Position numbers and translations under genes: made by a program
Shown: positions 52,570-63,141 of the stretch, one piece after another
Layout: every line of letters starts with the position of its first letter
Position numbering within the stretch: position 1 is the stretch's first letter
NCBI GenBank assembly: GCA_003971905.1
Contig: RSEE01000009.1
Location: 434,001-498,000, forward strand
Direction: 5' to 3'
DNA from: Moniliella sp. 'wahieum'
Lineage: Eukaryota
Length of the DNA stretch: 64,000 bases
Notes under the pieces: generated by a model
Databases searched by the model: none
Told to the model about the DNA's origin: nothing
Seen by the model: the letters and a program-made list of their open reading frames with translations, nothing else

Positions 52570-53915
52570 AGTTCGATCGATTGATCGATCGCATTGAACC
52601 GTCACGCGTCCGATACGTCACGCGTCACACACCCTGCATAGCACGAGGGCACTGTTGACCCCCCCGTGCCTCCCCCCTTTGCATGTTACAACAGAGGTGA
52701 TGGATATGGATACACCGGACACCCTGGCAGCTCCGACTGTGTTTCAAGCTCAGGTCACACTAGTCACTGGTTCGCTGGTCACAAGGTCACGCGTCGCCTC
52801 TCACGCGTCGCGCGTCACGTGTCACTAACCACCAGGTAGTCTGACCTAGGGCTGCCTAGTGCCTAGAGCCCGAGCCGAAGCAGTGCCACACACGTCACAT
52901 GTCATGCATGTCATGCATCATGTATCATGCATCATGGCCTCCGATCTGGAGGATCCGATGGTGACGTCGTCATCTTCGCGGGTGGTGTATGAGTTGGACG
53001 ATCGAGAGCTGAAAGGCCGGCGGCTTTCGACGCTGGCTTGAAGCGTGACGCGTGACCAGAGCCTGACCGGACCCAGCCCAGCATCTATGGCTTGCATGGT
53101 ACACCCAGCCGAGCCGAAAGCGCAACAGCTGTACATTGTGGTCCTTTCGACCCAGGTGCTGGGAACGGCCAGTACAAGTTGGAATCCTACATGACGTGAC
53201 CGTCAGCTCCAGTCGCCATCCCCATCCCTTCAATCAGCTATGGGCGCTGCATACTACGCAGGGAGAACAAAAACACCAATTCCCTGAGTGTGGTTGGGCG
53301 ACCGAGTTTTCGGCTAAGCCCCAAGACCCAAGATCTAAGAAGAGGTGAACCTGTGCGCCTCAGCGCCTTGCTTTTCGGTGGCAAGTCTGCCAATCCTTAG
53401 GCTGCGGTGCTGAGCTGCCTGAGCGCGCTGAGCTGAGGAAACAGCTCACGCCTTCAAGCATCGAAGCTCGAAGGTGACCGGTGACTAGCGGTCGTCACCG
53501 GTACATACTTAAATCGATCACCCTAGGCTGAGGGCCTCAGGCCTCCAGCTTCAGGAGCTTCAAGCTTCACGAATCGTGCATGTCGCCACTCTTGGTTTAA
53601 TTGGGCCGAAGAGCGAGGCATCGCACGCGGAAAGTCGAAGCCACTGCCAGTGTATGGGCCCGCGCAAATGGCAAGGAGGGAAATGGAGTGCCCTTTAGGG
53701 GCAGTAGTGGGTTAGCCCTGGCAGTGTCTCTGTTCTCTTTTGGCCTTCAGGCCTCCTCAGGCCTCAGGCCGGACTGTAAGATCTGCCGCCACTGTTTCGC
53801 TCGAACGCAGCTCCAATCCCGCATTCTCCACTAAGTACTAAGGCCCAAGGCCCAACCAAGGCCTAACCCCTAACCCCCCCCACCCTCCTGATCTAAGATC
53901 TGAGCACTCTCAGCC
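52570..53915. repeat. Several TNA+palindromic 4-mer arrays upstream of the MFS gene
   Basis: ~52618 TCA cgcg TCA; 52895 TCA catg TCA tgca tg TCA tgca TCA tgta TCA tgca TCA; ~53475 TGA ccgg TGA ctag; 53757 TCA ggcc TCA ggcc; 53832 TAA gtac TAA ggcc CAA ggcc. Confidence 0.75.
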
Positions 53916-54573
53916 ATCAGGAGGCTCATACGCCATACGCCACAAAAGGCAGTGTGGTGGTTTGGGCGGTGGCTGTGCCTGTCACCAGCAACCATCCGAC
54001 CATGGCTATATCAATCTGTGGTGCAACGTGCACATCAGTTCCAACGAGGTCAGGAGTGGGAGGGACATGGCACTGTGGCCTGCTTCTCTGAGCGTGTTGA
54101 CCTGCCGGTCACACTAGGCAAAGGCAAAAGGCCTTATATATTAATTATTAGAGAAAGGGCCTATAACGAAAATCCGGCATAAGGGTTAGATTACCCGTCT
54201 CTTCGCGGAAAAGCCACACACAGTCAACAGCCACAACGTTGATCTCGACTACCCTAAAAATGCAGCTCAGAGTGGGACGCACTACGGCAGGCAGACGGTG
54301 CGGTAGGAATGAGCCAGCGGTGTCTACTGACACGTGCGGCTTACAATCGGGGAACAAGGTGGAGGCGCCACGGATAGGACCGCGCGCAGGCTAAAGCTCA
54401 AACAAACATCTAACTAACAGGGCAGTGCCCCTCACAAAAGCCACGGTGCAACATCAGCTTCTGCGAGAAGATCTCTGAGTATGTTTGCTGCAAAAACACG
54501 CCCAGCATGCCCAACAGGGTCATGCCTAGCATCAGGCAACGATATTAGATGCAACAGTACTACTACTCGGTCT

Positions 54574-55090
54574 TTCAGCTTCAAGCTTCAAGCTTCAATG
54601 GTTAAACGCTTTGTTATACGTTAAAACGCGCGTAACGACGTTGCATATAACGGTTAACGCGTAACGGTTAACTGGTAACCGGTAACCGGTAAGGCCTAAG
54701 GCCGGTAACTGGTAATCGATAATTCTTAGTCCCTGGGAGTCATCACAATTATGCTGATCCTTAGTCAAGCTTCAGCATACGGGGCTCATCTACGAGCGAT
54801 GAGCTTGGTGAGCCTCACCGCTGAGAGAGCCTGATATAGGCATTTTAGTAGCGTTTCTTTTGACCCAACTAAGCTTATACTCTGTGTCAAACATGTAAAA
54901 CTTGTAGAGGGTGTAAAGGGTCATCGATCAAACTTGAAGCTATGTTGTTCAACGCGTTCAACTGAACGTTGAACGTTCAACGTACGTTCATCAACGTCAA
55001 CGCTCAACGCGTTCAACGGTTCAACGTCAACGTTCAACGTTCAACGTTCAACGGTTCAACGCTCAGCCCGCTCAGTGCTGAGCTCAGCCG
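54574..55090. repeat. Long TNA+4-mer arrays (AGCT, CGCG, CCGG, GGCC, TCGA; then ACGT)
   Basis: 54648 TAA cggt TAA cgcg TAA cggt TAA ctgg TAA ccgg TAA ccgg TAA ggcc TAA; 55027 TCA acgt TCA acgt TCA acgt TCA. Confidence 0.88.
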
Positions 55091-55578
55091 CACCGCTCCA
55101 AAGCAGTTACTACCATGGTGCATGTGATGCACGCATGACGTGCATGACGATCCGGAGGGGCGGGCGGGTTGGTCGCTGTGTGGAAGATCCGAGGAGAGCC
55201 CGAAGAGAGTGATCAATGATTAATTCGAGCTCATTTTCGCTCATGGTCAATTCTTATAGGCACACACTGGTGACCCTCTCAGCTGTTTCCTTCCTGGCAA
55301 CATGCCCCTTCTGCCTCCTTGAGTACTTCTTGCCCTGCTAGCCTTCCCAGTAGGGCTGACTCCTGCAAGACTATTACTGATGAAGTATTTGCGTTCGGCA
55401 TGAAATCGGAGGAGAGCGCGGTCCCCAGAGGCAGGAGCTCTATTTGCCCGCATTTTCCGCCGCGGCGTCGTTGGTGTTTCACATGTGGCGCCAGCGACTC
55501 TCTCGGGGATGATCGATGGTCGATGATCAGTGTCTTAGATCCCCCGCTGATCTAGTTATGCAAGTGATGTTCGCGCGC

Positions 55579-55920
55579 TCATTAATCATTCACATGCATG
55601 AGTTAGCCGGTGATCGCTGATCGATGACATCGATGACATGTGACATGTGACATGTGGCATGGACATGCATGACAGTCACGCTAGTGACGAGTGACTAGTG
55701 ACTAGTGACTAGTAACGAGTGACTAGTGACTAGTGACTAGTCATACTGGCGTGACATTTAGTGACTCGCTTTTTGAAGCTCGCTGTACTTTAACTTAAAG
55801 CTTCCATGTCATGCATCATGCGTTGCTAGCTTCGCTCTTAGTATGTCGCGCCGGTTCGCATTACCGAGCAAATATTGAAGACAGGAGATGTTACGGATTA
55901 CGCGTTACGCGTTACCAGTA
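55579..55920. repeat. Long TNA+4-mer arrays (TTAA, TCGA, CATG, CTAG, CGCG)
   Basis: 55634 TGA catg TGA catg TGA catg; 55685 TGA cgag TGA ctag TGA ctag TGA ctag TAA cgag TGA ctag TGA ctag TGA ctag TCA; 55891 TTA cgga TTA cgcg TTA cgcg TTA. Confidence 0.88.
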
Positions 55921-56709
55921 CCAACAGTCCTGTTTGTGGTCTGCCAGCGCGACCATACACACCTATGACACGCAGATCGTCGCCAACAGGTCGGTTGAAC
56001 AACCGCTACGCGTATGCGTTTTGCGTTACTTTTCGTCCGCGTCTCTATTACAGGTTGTTTCCATCCCCACCAAGCTCCAGAAACAGGTTCAGCGCTCTAG
56101 GCTCTCAAGTGCTCATCGAGCTCATCGGGAAGCACATATGTCGCATGCATCATCCTCTGTTAGAGGGTAGTGCTAGTGTTCCCCTGCGCGGTCCTCAAGT
56201 CGATGAACAGTGTGACGCTCGCCAGGACCCGGGGCTCCCCAAGGTCCTGATCTGATTGATACGCGACAAGTGCTTCTATATATAGCAGGTGGAACAGCAC
56301 ATTGTAAAAGGCAAATGGTCTTTTCTCCTCGACTCCTTCCCGCGACCAGCAGGGGTGAGAATGTGCCCCTCCTCCAGCTTGGAGAGCATCGCGGCTGTCT
56401 CGGGAGACAGCTGTACGTATACTGTAATGAGTATTTTCTCCTCGCTCTTGTATGCCGTGCTGAAAGACATCATACTCACCTCGCCTGTGGTAAACGTACA
56501 GCACGTCTCGTCGTCAACACTACACGCGTGCCAGGGATGGTGGCGCCTTCGGAGGCAGGTAAAGCGCTTGCGCTGATTCACGGGTGAAGAAAGTTTAACG
56601 CGTTTGAATTGCCCTCGAGGTCCGCGCGTCGGGGGAGGCAGACATGGTTGCGACCGAGTCGCACTCAAAGGCTGAAGTCAGCAGTCAGCACCACGACATG
56701 GACGCGACG

Positions 56710-56895
56710 CGACGCTTCGGCGGGACCCGAATGAGTCGGATATACAAGTAAGCACCTCCGGCACCCGGTGAAGAGTGTTGTACCAACCCTGCTGTTAATA
56801 ACCAACAGTTCATCCCGTTCAAAGGTGCTTCTTTGGGCGAAAATCGACCAAAATTTGGTCGTCCCGTTCGTTTGCCCCTGTAAGGGCGGATGAAA
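56710..56895 (+). ncRNA. Candidate structured RNA element, family unknown
   Basis: C(UUCG)G hairpin at ~56713-56722, stem AAGCACCT(56750-57)/AGGTGCTT(56823-30), hairpin at 56845-56861, and an 11-bp hairpin at 56867-56894 with three G-U pairs on the + strand. Confidence 0.25.
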
Positions 56896-57621
56896 AAGTA
56901 CTGATTGCTGTGAGCAGTGGGTGGTGACGGCGGTCCTCCCCTACCTAGCCGAGCGCGCCCAGCCGGACGGAAGAGTTCTGCCGGCGCAAGTTACGCGTCC
57001 CTAATTGTGCTCCATATCTCCCTCCTCTGTCTCCTGTCTCCTCTTCCCTTCAGGCGTTTTTGCTTGAAGACTTGTGGCTCAACGCTTAACTGGCACGCAT
57101 TGTCTGAAGGCTGCTTTGCAGCTGATCTTATAGGATGGCCGAGTGCTCTGGCACTGGGGGGGCAGCATATCCTGGTAGAGGTAAGCTGGTAGGGGCAATA
57201 TATAGCGAGAGAGTCTGGCTACTTGCAGTCAGCGCTGAGGCTGACTCGACGCTTTGAAAGTTTAAGCTTGAGGTGACGTTGGGCGCTTGGACCGTGGGAG
57301 GAACGAAGTTGGAAAAAACCGCTTCCGGTAATTGCCGGCGTGGCTCGTGCTCCCCTGCGCTTCCTACCGCCTGTCCCGCTGGCTCCTGGCGGCTCATGAC
57401 CCCACTCGCATCGTTGTAGCGCCTAGAGACAGTCGCTGGACTGCGGCGGCCTCACGACCTTGGGCCTGAGCCTCAGGCGAGGCCCCTCCCCTCGGGAGGT
57501 GCGGCTCAGGCGCTCAAATTCAGGAGCCTGTGCCGCAGTGCCCTATTAGCCTTTGAAAGCCAGGCCAGTCATATTGGCTGCCCACACTTTCCCCCCCGCT
57601 GCCACCATCCACCTTTTCCTT

Positions 57622-59078
57622 ATGAGCCTCTCGCCGTCATACGAACAATGGGCTTCGCCTCTGGCGGGCCGCTATGCGTCCAAGGAGATGTCCAATCTCT
57701 TCTCCAACGCAACCCGTTTCGGCACCTGGCGCCAACTCTGGCTCGCTCTCGCTGAATCCGAGAAAGCCCTCGGTCTTGACATTCCTGACGAGGCCATTTC
57801 CCAGATGAAGGCCCACCTGACACTGGACGATGAGCAGATGGCGCTTGCTGCCCTGGAGGAGAAAAACGCCGCCATGACGTTATGGCGCATGTGCACACTT
57901 TTGGCCATGTTGCCCGGCCGCTGCGCCTTACATTCACCTGGGTGCGACCAGCTGCTATGTGACGGACAACGCAGACCTCATCTTTTTACGCAAGGGCTTC
58001 GACTTGCTTCTCCCCAAGCTTGCTACAGTTATTTCCCGTCTGTCGGCTTTTGCTGAAGAGTACAAGGCGTTGCCCACGCTCGGTTTCACCCACATGCAGC
58101 CCGCCCAGCTGACTACAGTGGGCAAGCGCGCGACGCTTTGGATTCAGGAGTTGCTGTGGGACCTTCGCAATTTTGAACGGGCCCGCAATGATATTGGCTT
58201 CCGCGGTGTGAAGGGCACGACAGGTACTCAGGCCTCGTTCCTTGCCCTCTTTGAGGGTGACCACGATAAGGTCGAAGAGTTGGATGAGATGGTGACCGCC
58301 AAGTTTGGCTTCCCCTACGCCATGCCCGTCACGGGGCAGACGTACAGCCGCAAGGTGGACTTTGACGCGCTGGCGGCCTTGGCTAGCTTCAGCGCTTCCT
58401 CTCTCAAATTGGCGACCGACATTCGTCTGCTGTGCCACCTCAAGGAGCTGGAGGAGCCTTTTGAGAAGGATCAGATTGGAAGCAGTGCCATGGCGTACAA
58501 GCGGAACCCCATGCGTAGCGAACGCGTCTGCGCCCTCTCGCGCTGGCTTGGCAATGTTCTTAACAACACCCGCGAGACGGCTGGTGGTCAATGGATGGAG
58601 CGCACGTTGGACGATAGCGCCAACCGGCGCCTGTCCATTCCCGAGGCCTTCTTGACGGCTGACGTGGTTCTCACCACGCTCCAGAACATTTCGGAAGGCC
58701 TGGTAGTTTACCCGGCAGTGATCAAGAAGCACATTGAGGCTGAGCTGCCGTTCATGGCAACAGAGAATGTGATTATGGCCATGGTCAGGACGGCGGCGGA
58801 GACCGGCAGGAGTGCCATGAGCACATTCGGGTGCTCTCTCACCAAGCTGCCGCGGTGGTGAAACAGAGGGTGGTGACAATGACCTCATTGAGCGCATCAA
58901 AAAGGACCCTTACTTTGCCCCCATCGTGCCCCGTCTTCCTCAATTGCTTGACCCCAGCACGTTTACTGGCCGCGCTGAGCAGCAGGTGGAGCGCTTTGTG
59001 GCCAAGTGGGTGACACCCGCGCTTAAGCCCTACCTAGACGCGATCAACAAGTCGGTAAAGGCTGAGCTGTCGGTCTAA
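57622..59078 (+). CDS. ADE13: Adenylosuccinate lyase
   Basis: [43 protein letters not shown], fumarase-superfamily signature [29 protein letters not shown]. Confidence 0.97.
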
Positions 59079-60984
59079 ATTGCACAAGATACAGCTTCGT
59101 ACTCTTGCAGCATTCTGAATTTACCATGTTCTGCTGATGGCGCCGTGGTGGGGAAAGCATAAATGGTGCGGGTAGATTGAAAACCTACTAGGGCTAGCGT
59201 TGGATGTTATGTGTGGTGGTAAGTGGAAGTGGAAGTGTACCAAGAATAGGATCATCTGCATGATCTGATAGAGGCAGCTAGTAAGAAGTAGGGCTTTTTG
59301 CATTCCATGACTTGGGTAGCTCTCCATCACTAGTAGGCCTCTCACCTCTGCATTGGGATGTTCTGCTCTTATCGGCGGTCACCGCCCTCATCCAACGGCG
59401 CTTGAAGCGCGTGACAGTTAGCCTACTTCTTTCCATCATGATTCAAGTTCCGTTTGGTTTTCTTTCTTCAGGCGAGAGTTGAGAGGTATGGCCACGTAAA
59501 TTAACACAAACGAAAGCTGCAAGGAAACATGATATTGACACGATACTTAACCATACTAAACTTGAACTTTTTTACTGCGAGTCTGAAGCAGCACAAAAGG
59601 CTCATGTCAGTAATCATCACCAAGGGCCGACTCATTGAAAAGGTCAGAGACGAATACACGGTCTCTCATAGCGGTCCTACCCGCTCTGTGTTGGATTGTT
59701 CACAGTAAAAGGTAATTTGCTCATCTTGAGAAGTGATTGGAAGGTAGAACTCACTAGCTAGTTAACATAGAACGCAAACTGTCCAAGATTGAGCGTTTTG
59801 GTGGTGAGGTGGTGGGAGACAAAAGTGGAACGGAAAAAAATGCAGGCTAAATAACGAACAATCAGATCTCAGATCACATTCCATTTCCGCTCAGAGCGGA
59901 ATTGGTCACACTTGTGGAGCTGTTTTGGATCAAGATGGGATGATACCGATATTGTTCACTCCCTCAATCCTCCATAGCCGTTTGTGCTCACGCTCACCGC
60001 ACATCGTTGGCCCAGGAGACCATCCCGTTCCAACCCTATGTGACACCTTACTGGTTACGCTTTGGCTGTTTTCCTCGTCGTGCTGGCCTTATTGATCAGC
60101 AACAGCATCATGTTTTCATCATGAGCTACCTTTTGGCTCTCGTTTGTCGCCTCCATTGAAATGATTGTGTTGAAGACACTACGCATGACTCTCAACGATC
60201 AGAAAGTGACCACCGTACATGAGGATACGACCGCTCCGCGGCCTTGACTCGGTTGGGCTTGGGAGCGAGCCCTGCTAATACTGGACAAAGCATCGGCCCA
60301 TAGATCGGATTGGATTCGCAGAGCCAAAAAAGCCTTCTTGGGAGCAGGAAAACTGAGAAGGGGAAGCTCTGTTGGTCCACCGGCCAATGCTCGCCTCTTC
60401 CGGGACTTGGAAGAGAGAAGGGCTCGGGCGGCCGGCTTGCCAAAGTTCTTCCGGACTACTGTACGGGTCCACGGAGTTCGGAAGAGGATGGGCACGCTCC
60501 GCTGGCTCGCCAGTGTTCGTTCGTATAGCACACTCGTAAAACAGCACCGCATTTCTATATCAAAAAAGGGACAAAAAGGAGTCGATGGATGGATCACGTA
60601 CTGCTTTTGATCATCATTGCTGTCCAAGGTTTCCATAGAGACAAGGAAAAGGCATGCAGGTAGATCGTATTACACTCGCAGCGAAGTTGAAGAAGATACG
60701 GCTATGTATAGGCCACTTTGATGTGGGAGGGAGGGACGTTGATACTCTTGAGCCCCTCAACCTGCGGAGCGAGCCTGCCGACAAATGAGGTCAGCGTGAG
60801 GTGCGTATCTGTGGGTTCTCAAGAGGAGGGGAGAGGTGGAGGTGAGGAGCGGCGAAAACGAGGCAAAGGTAAGATGGGCAGCAACCCCTAATCGGAGTGG
60901 CTTGTGTGGAGCAGCGGGCATGAGGAAGAGCGCATAGGGGCAGTGTTGTGTCGGGCAAGGTGGGTGGATGAAAGAACTCGAGGT

Positions 60985-61032
60985 TAAACGTTAAATGTTC
61001 AAGTTGAACGTGTTGAACGTTAAACGTTAAAT
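60985..61032. repeat. TNA+ACGT array about 180-220 bp upstream of CCT4
   Basis: TAA acgt TAA atgt TCA agt TGA acgtgt TGA acgt TAA acgt TAA. Confidence 0.8.
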
Positions 61033-61207
61033 GTGAAATTCCGCCGCCAGTGGAGCAGACGCTCTTGCGGCTTCAGTGGTGGTCGAAGTCGAGCGAAGAC
61101 GGGCGGCGAAGACGGTGGGGTGGGGCGCTCACGTGTCGCGCATATGTGTCGATCTGGTTTATCCAGCCCTTCTTTTACGATACCTCCACCGTACTCCCTC
61201 TACACCC

Positions 61208-62929
61208 ATGGCTACTGTGGCACCCATGCCTGCCAGCACCTCTGGCGCTGCTGGAGGGCCCGGAAACAAGGCTTTCAAGAACGCCGACAACCCGATGAGG
61301 TGCGCCGCTCCAACCTGGCCGCTGCCAAGGCTGTGAGCGATGCGGTGCGCACCTCCCTTGGCCCCAAGGGCATGGATAAAATGATCCAGACTGCGCAAGG
61401 CGAGGTGGTGATTACCAACGACGGTGCCACCATCCTCAAGCACATGGCTGTCATGCACCCGGCCGCTCGCATGCTTGTGGAACTCTCCCAGGCTCAGGAC
61501 ATCGAGACTGGCGATGGCACCACTTCGGTAGTGGTTGTGGCCGGGGCGCTGCTGGGTGCAGCTGAGAAGATGCTGGCCAAGGGGATCCACCCTACAATCA
61601 TTGCCGAGTCCTTTGTCAAGGCGTCGAGTAAGGCGGTCGAGTACCTGACCGAGATCAGCACCCCTATTGACTTGAGCGACAGGGAGGCGCTCCTCCGAGC
61701 TGCACACCAGTCTCAACTCCAAAATTGTGTCACAGTACTCTTCCACGCTTGCTCCGATTGCGGTCAATGCTGTGCTCCGTCTGCTGCACAACAAGTCCCC
61801 TACCGCTCCGGGGCCTGTGTCGGCACTGCCCATCACCTCCACGGGAGCAGCGCAAGAAAGCGCACGAGGCACGGTCGAGCCGGCGGGGACGGCGACAAGC
61901 GATGAGCCGTCGGTAGACCTGCGTGACATCCGGTTAGTCAAGAAGGTCGGAGGTACGATTGAGGACACAGAGATGATGGATGGCATGGTGCTGGAGCAGA
62001 CCGCGGTGGCCAACTCGGGTGGGCCAACGCGCATGGAGAAGGCCAAGATCGGTGTGTGCCAGTTCCAACTCTCCAGCCCCAAGCCCGATATGGATAACCA
62101 GATTGTGGTGAATGACTATCGCCAGATGGACAAGATCCTGAAGGAGGAGCGACAGTATCTTCTGCTGAACATGTGCAAGAAGATTAAGAAGGCGGGGTGC
62201 AATGTCTTGCTGCTCCAGAAGTCCATTTTGCGCGATGCTGTCAACGACCTAGCGCTTCATTTCCTTGCCAAGCTTAAGATCCTTGTCATCAAGGACATCG
62301 AGCGTGATGAGATGGAATTGTTTGCAAGACCCTCCACACGACCCCAATCGCCGATATTGACGCTTTCACTGAGGACAAGCTGGCATACGCCGACCTAGTT
62401 GAGGAGGTGCAAACTGGCGGGTGCCCGTGTGGTCAAGGTTTCTGGCATCAAGGACATGGGCAATACTGTGAGCGTCTTGTGCACGGGCCAACAGCCTGGT
62501 GCTTGAGGAGAGCGAGCGGTCGCTGCACGATCGCTGTGTGTGGTGCGCTCGCTTGTGAAGAAGCGCGCCTTAATCGCTGGTGGCGGCGCACCTGAAGTGC
62601 ATGTTTCGCGTCGGCTGGCTCAGTACGCACAACAACTGCAGGGCATGGAGTCATTCTGCTTCCAGGCATTCGCCGACGCTTTGGAGATCATCCCCACGAC
62701 GCTGGCCGAAAATGCCGGGCTCAACCCAATCGCCATTGTGACAGAGCTGCGTAACCGGCATGCTCAGGGGGAGACGACCGCCGGCATTAACGTGCGTAAG
62801 GGAACGATCACCAACATTCTCGAGGAAAATGTATTGCAGCCCCTGTTGGTCAACACGTCGGCCATTGAGTTGGCCACTGAGACGGTGTCACTCCTACTCC
62901 GGATCGATGACTACCATTTGGCCAGGTGA
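61208..62929 (+). CDS. CCT4: T-complex protein 1 subunit delta (CCT/TRiC)
   Basis: [89 protein letters not shown]. Confidence 0.96.
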
Positions 62930-63141
62930 AGAATTATTGCATTGATTGATCCGTCTAGCTTATCCTGCAGGCGTGCCCTTGTCCATCTACATAGCCCTAC
63001 AGGTTCAGATTATCTGTGGTACAGCATGCATGCATAGAAAGCCCGCTACGGGAGCAGACAAAAAGGCAGACCAATGCCATCGGCTGGCCCATCCGTTCGC
63101 GGCGAGCAAGCCAGCTCGTTTTGGGGGCGCAAGCAAGACGC

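Noticed and set aside
53861..53880. Interstitial telomere-like CCTAACCCCTAACC
   Set aside because: The period is 7, not 6, and it continues the adjacent TAA+4-mer array (TAA gtac TAA ggcc ... TAA cccc TAA cccc).
54574..55760. Vector polylinker contamination (dense HindIII/SpeI/AgeI/StuI/ClaI-type sites)
   Set aside because: Sites are tandemly reiterated, degenerate and scattered through many intergenic regions, with no vector backbone.
56300..56318. U5 snRNA loop-1 match GCCTTTTAC on the minus strand
   Set aside because: Only a 4-bp closing stem, and no Sm site or U5 stem architecture downstream.
56750..56830. TPP riboswitch
   Set aside because: Lacks the conserved CTGAGA and TGATC...TAATACC/GCG elements, and no thiamine gene is adjacent.
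60199..60636. 145-aa minus-strand ORF and a nearby ATGATGA...CTGA C/D-box-like pair at ~60095-60123
   Set aside because: No motif support for the ORF, and the boxes are too close together for a snoRNA.
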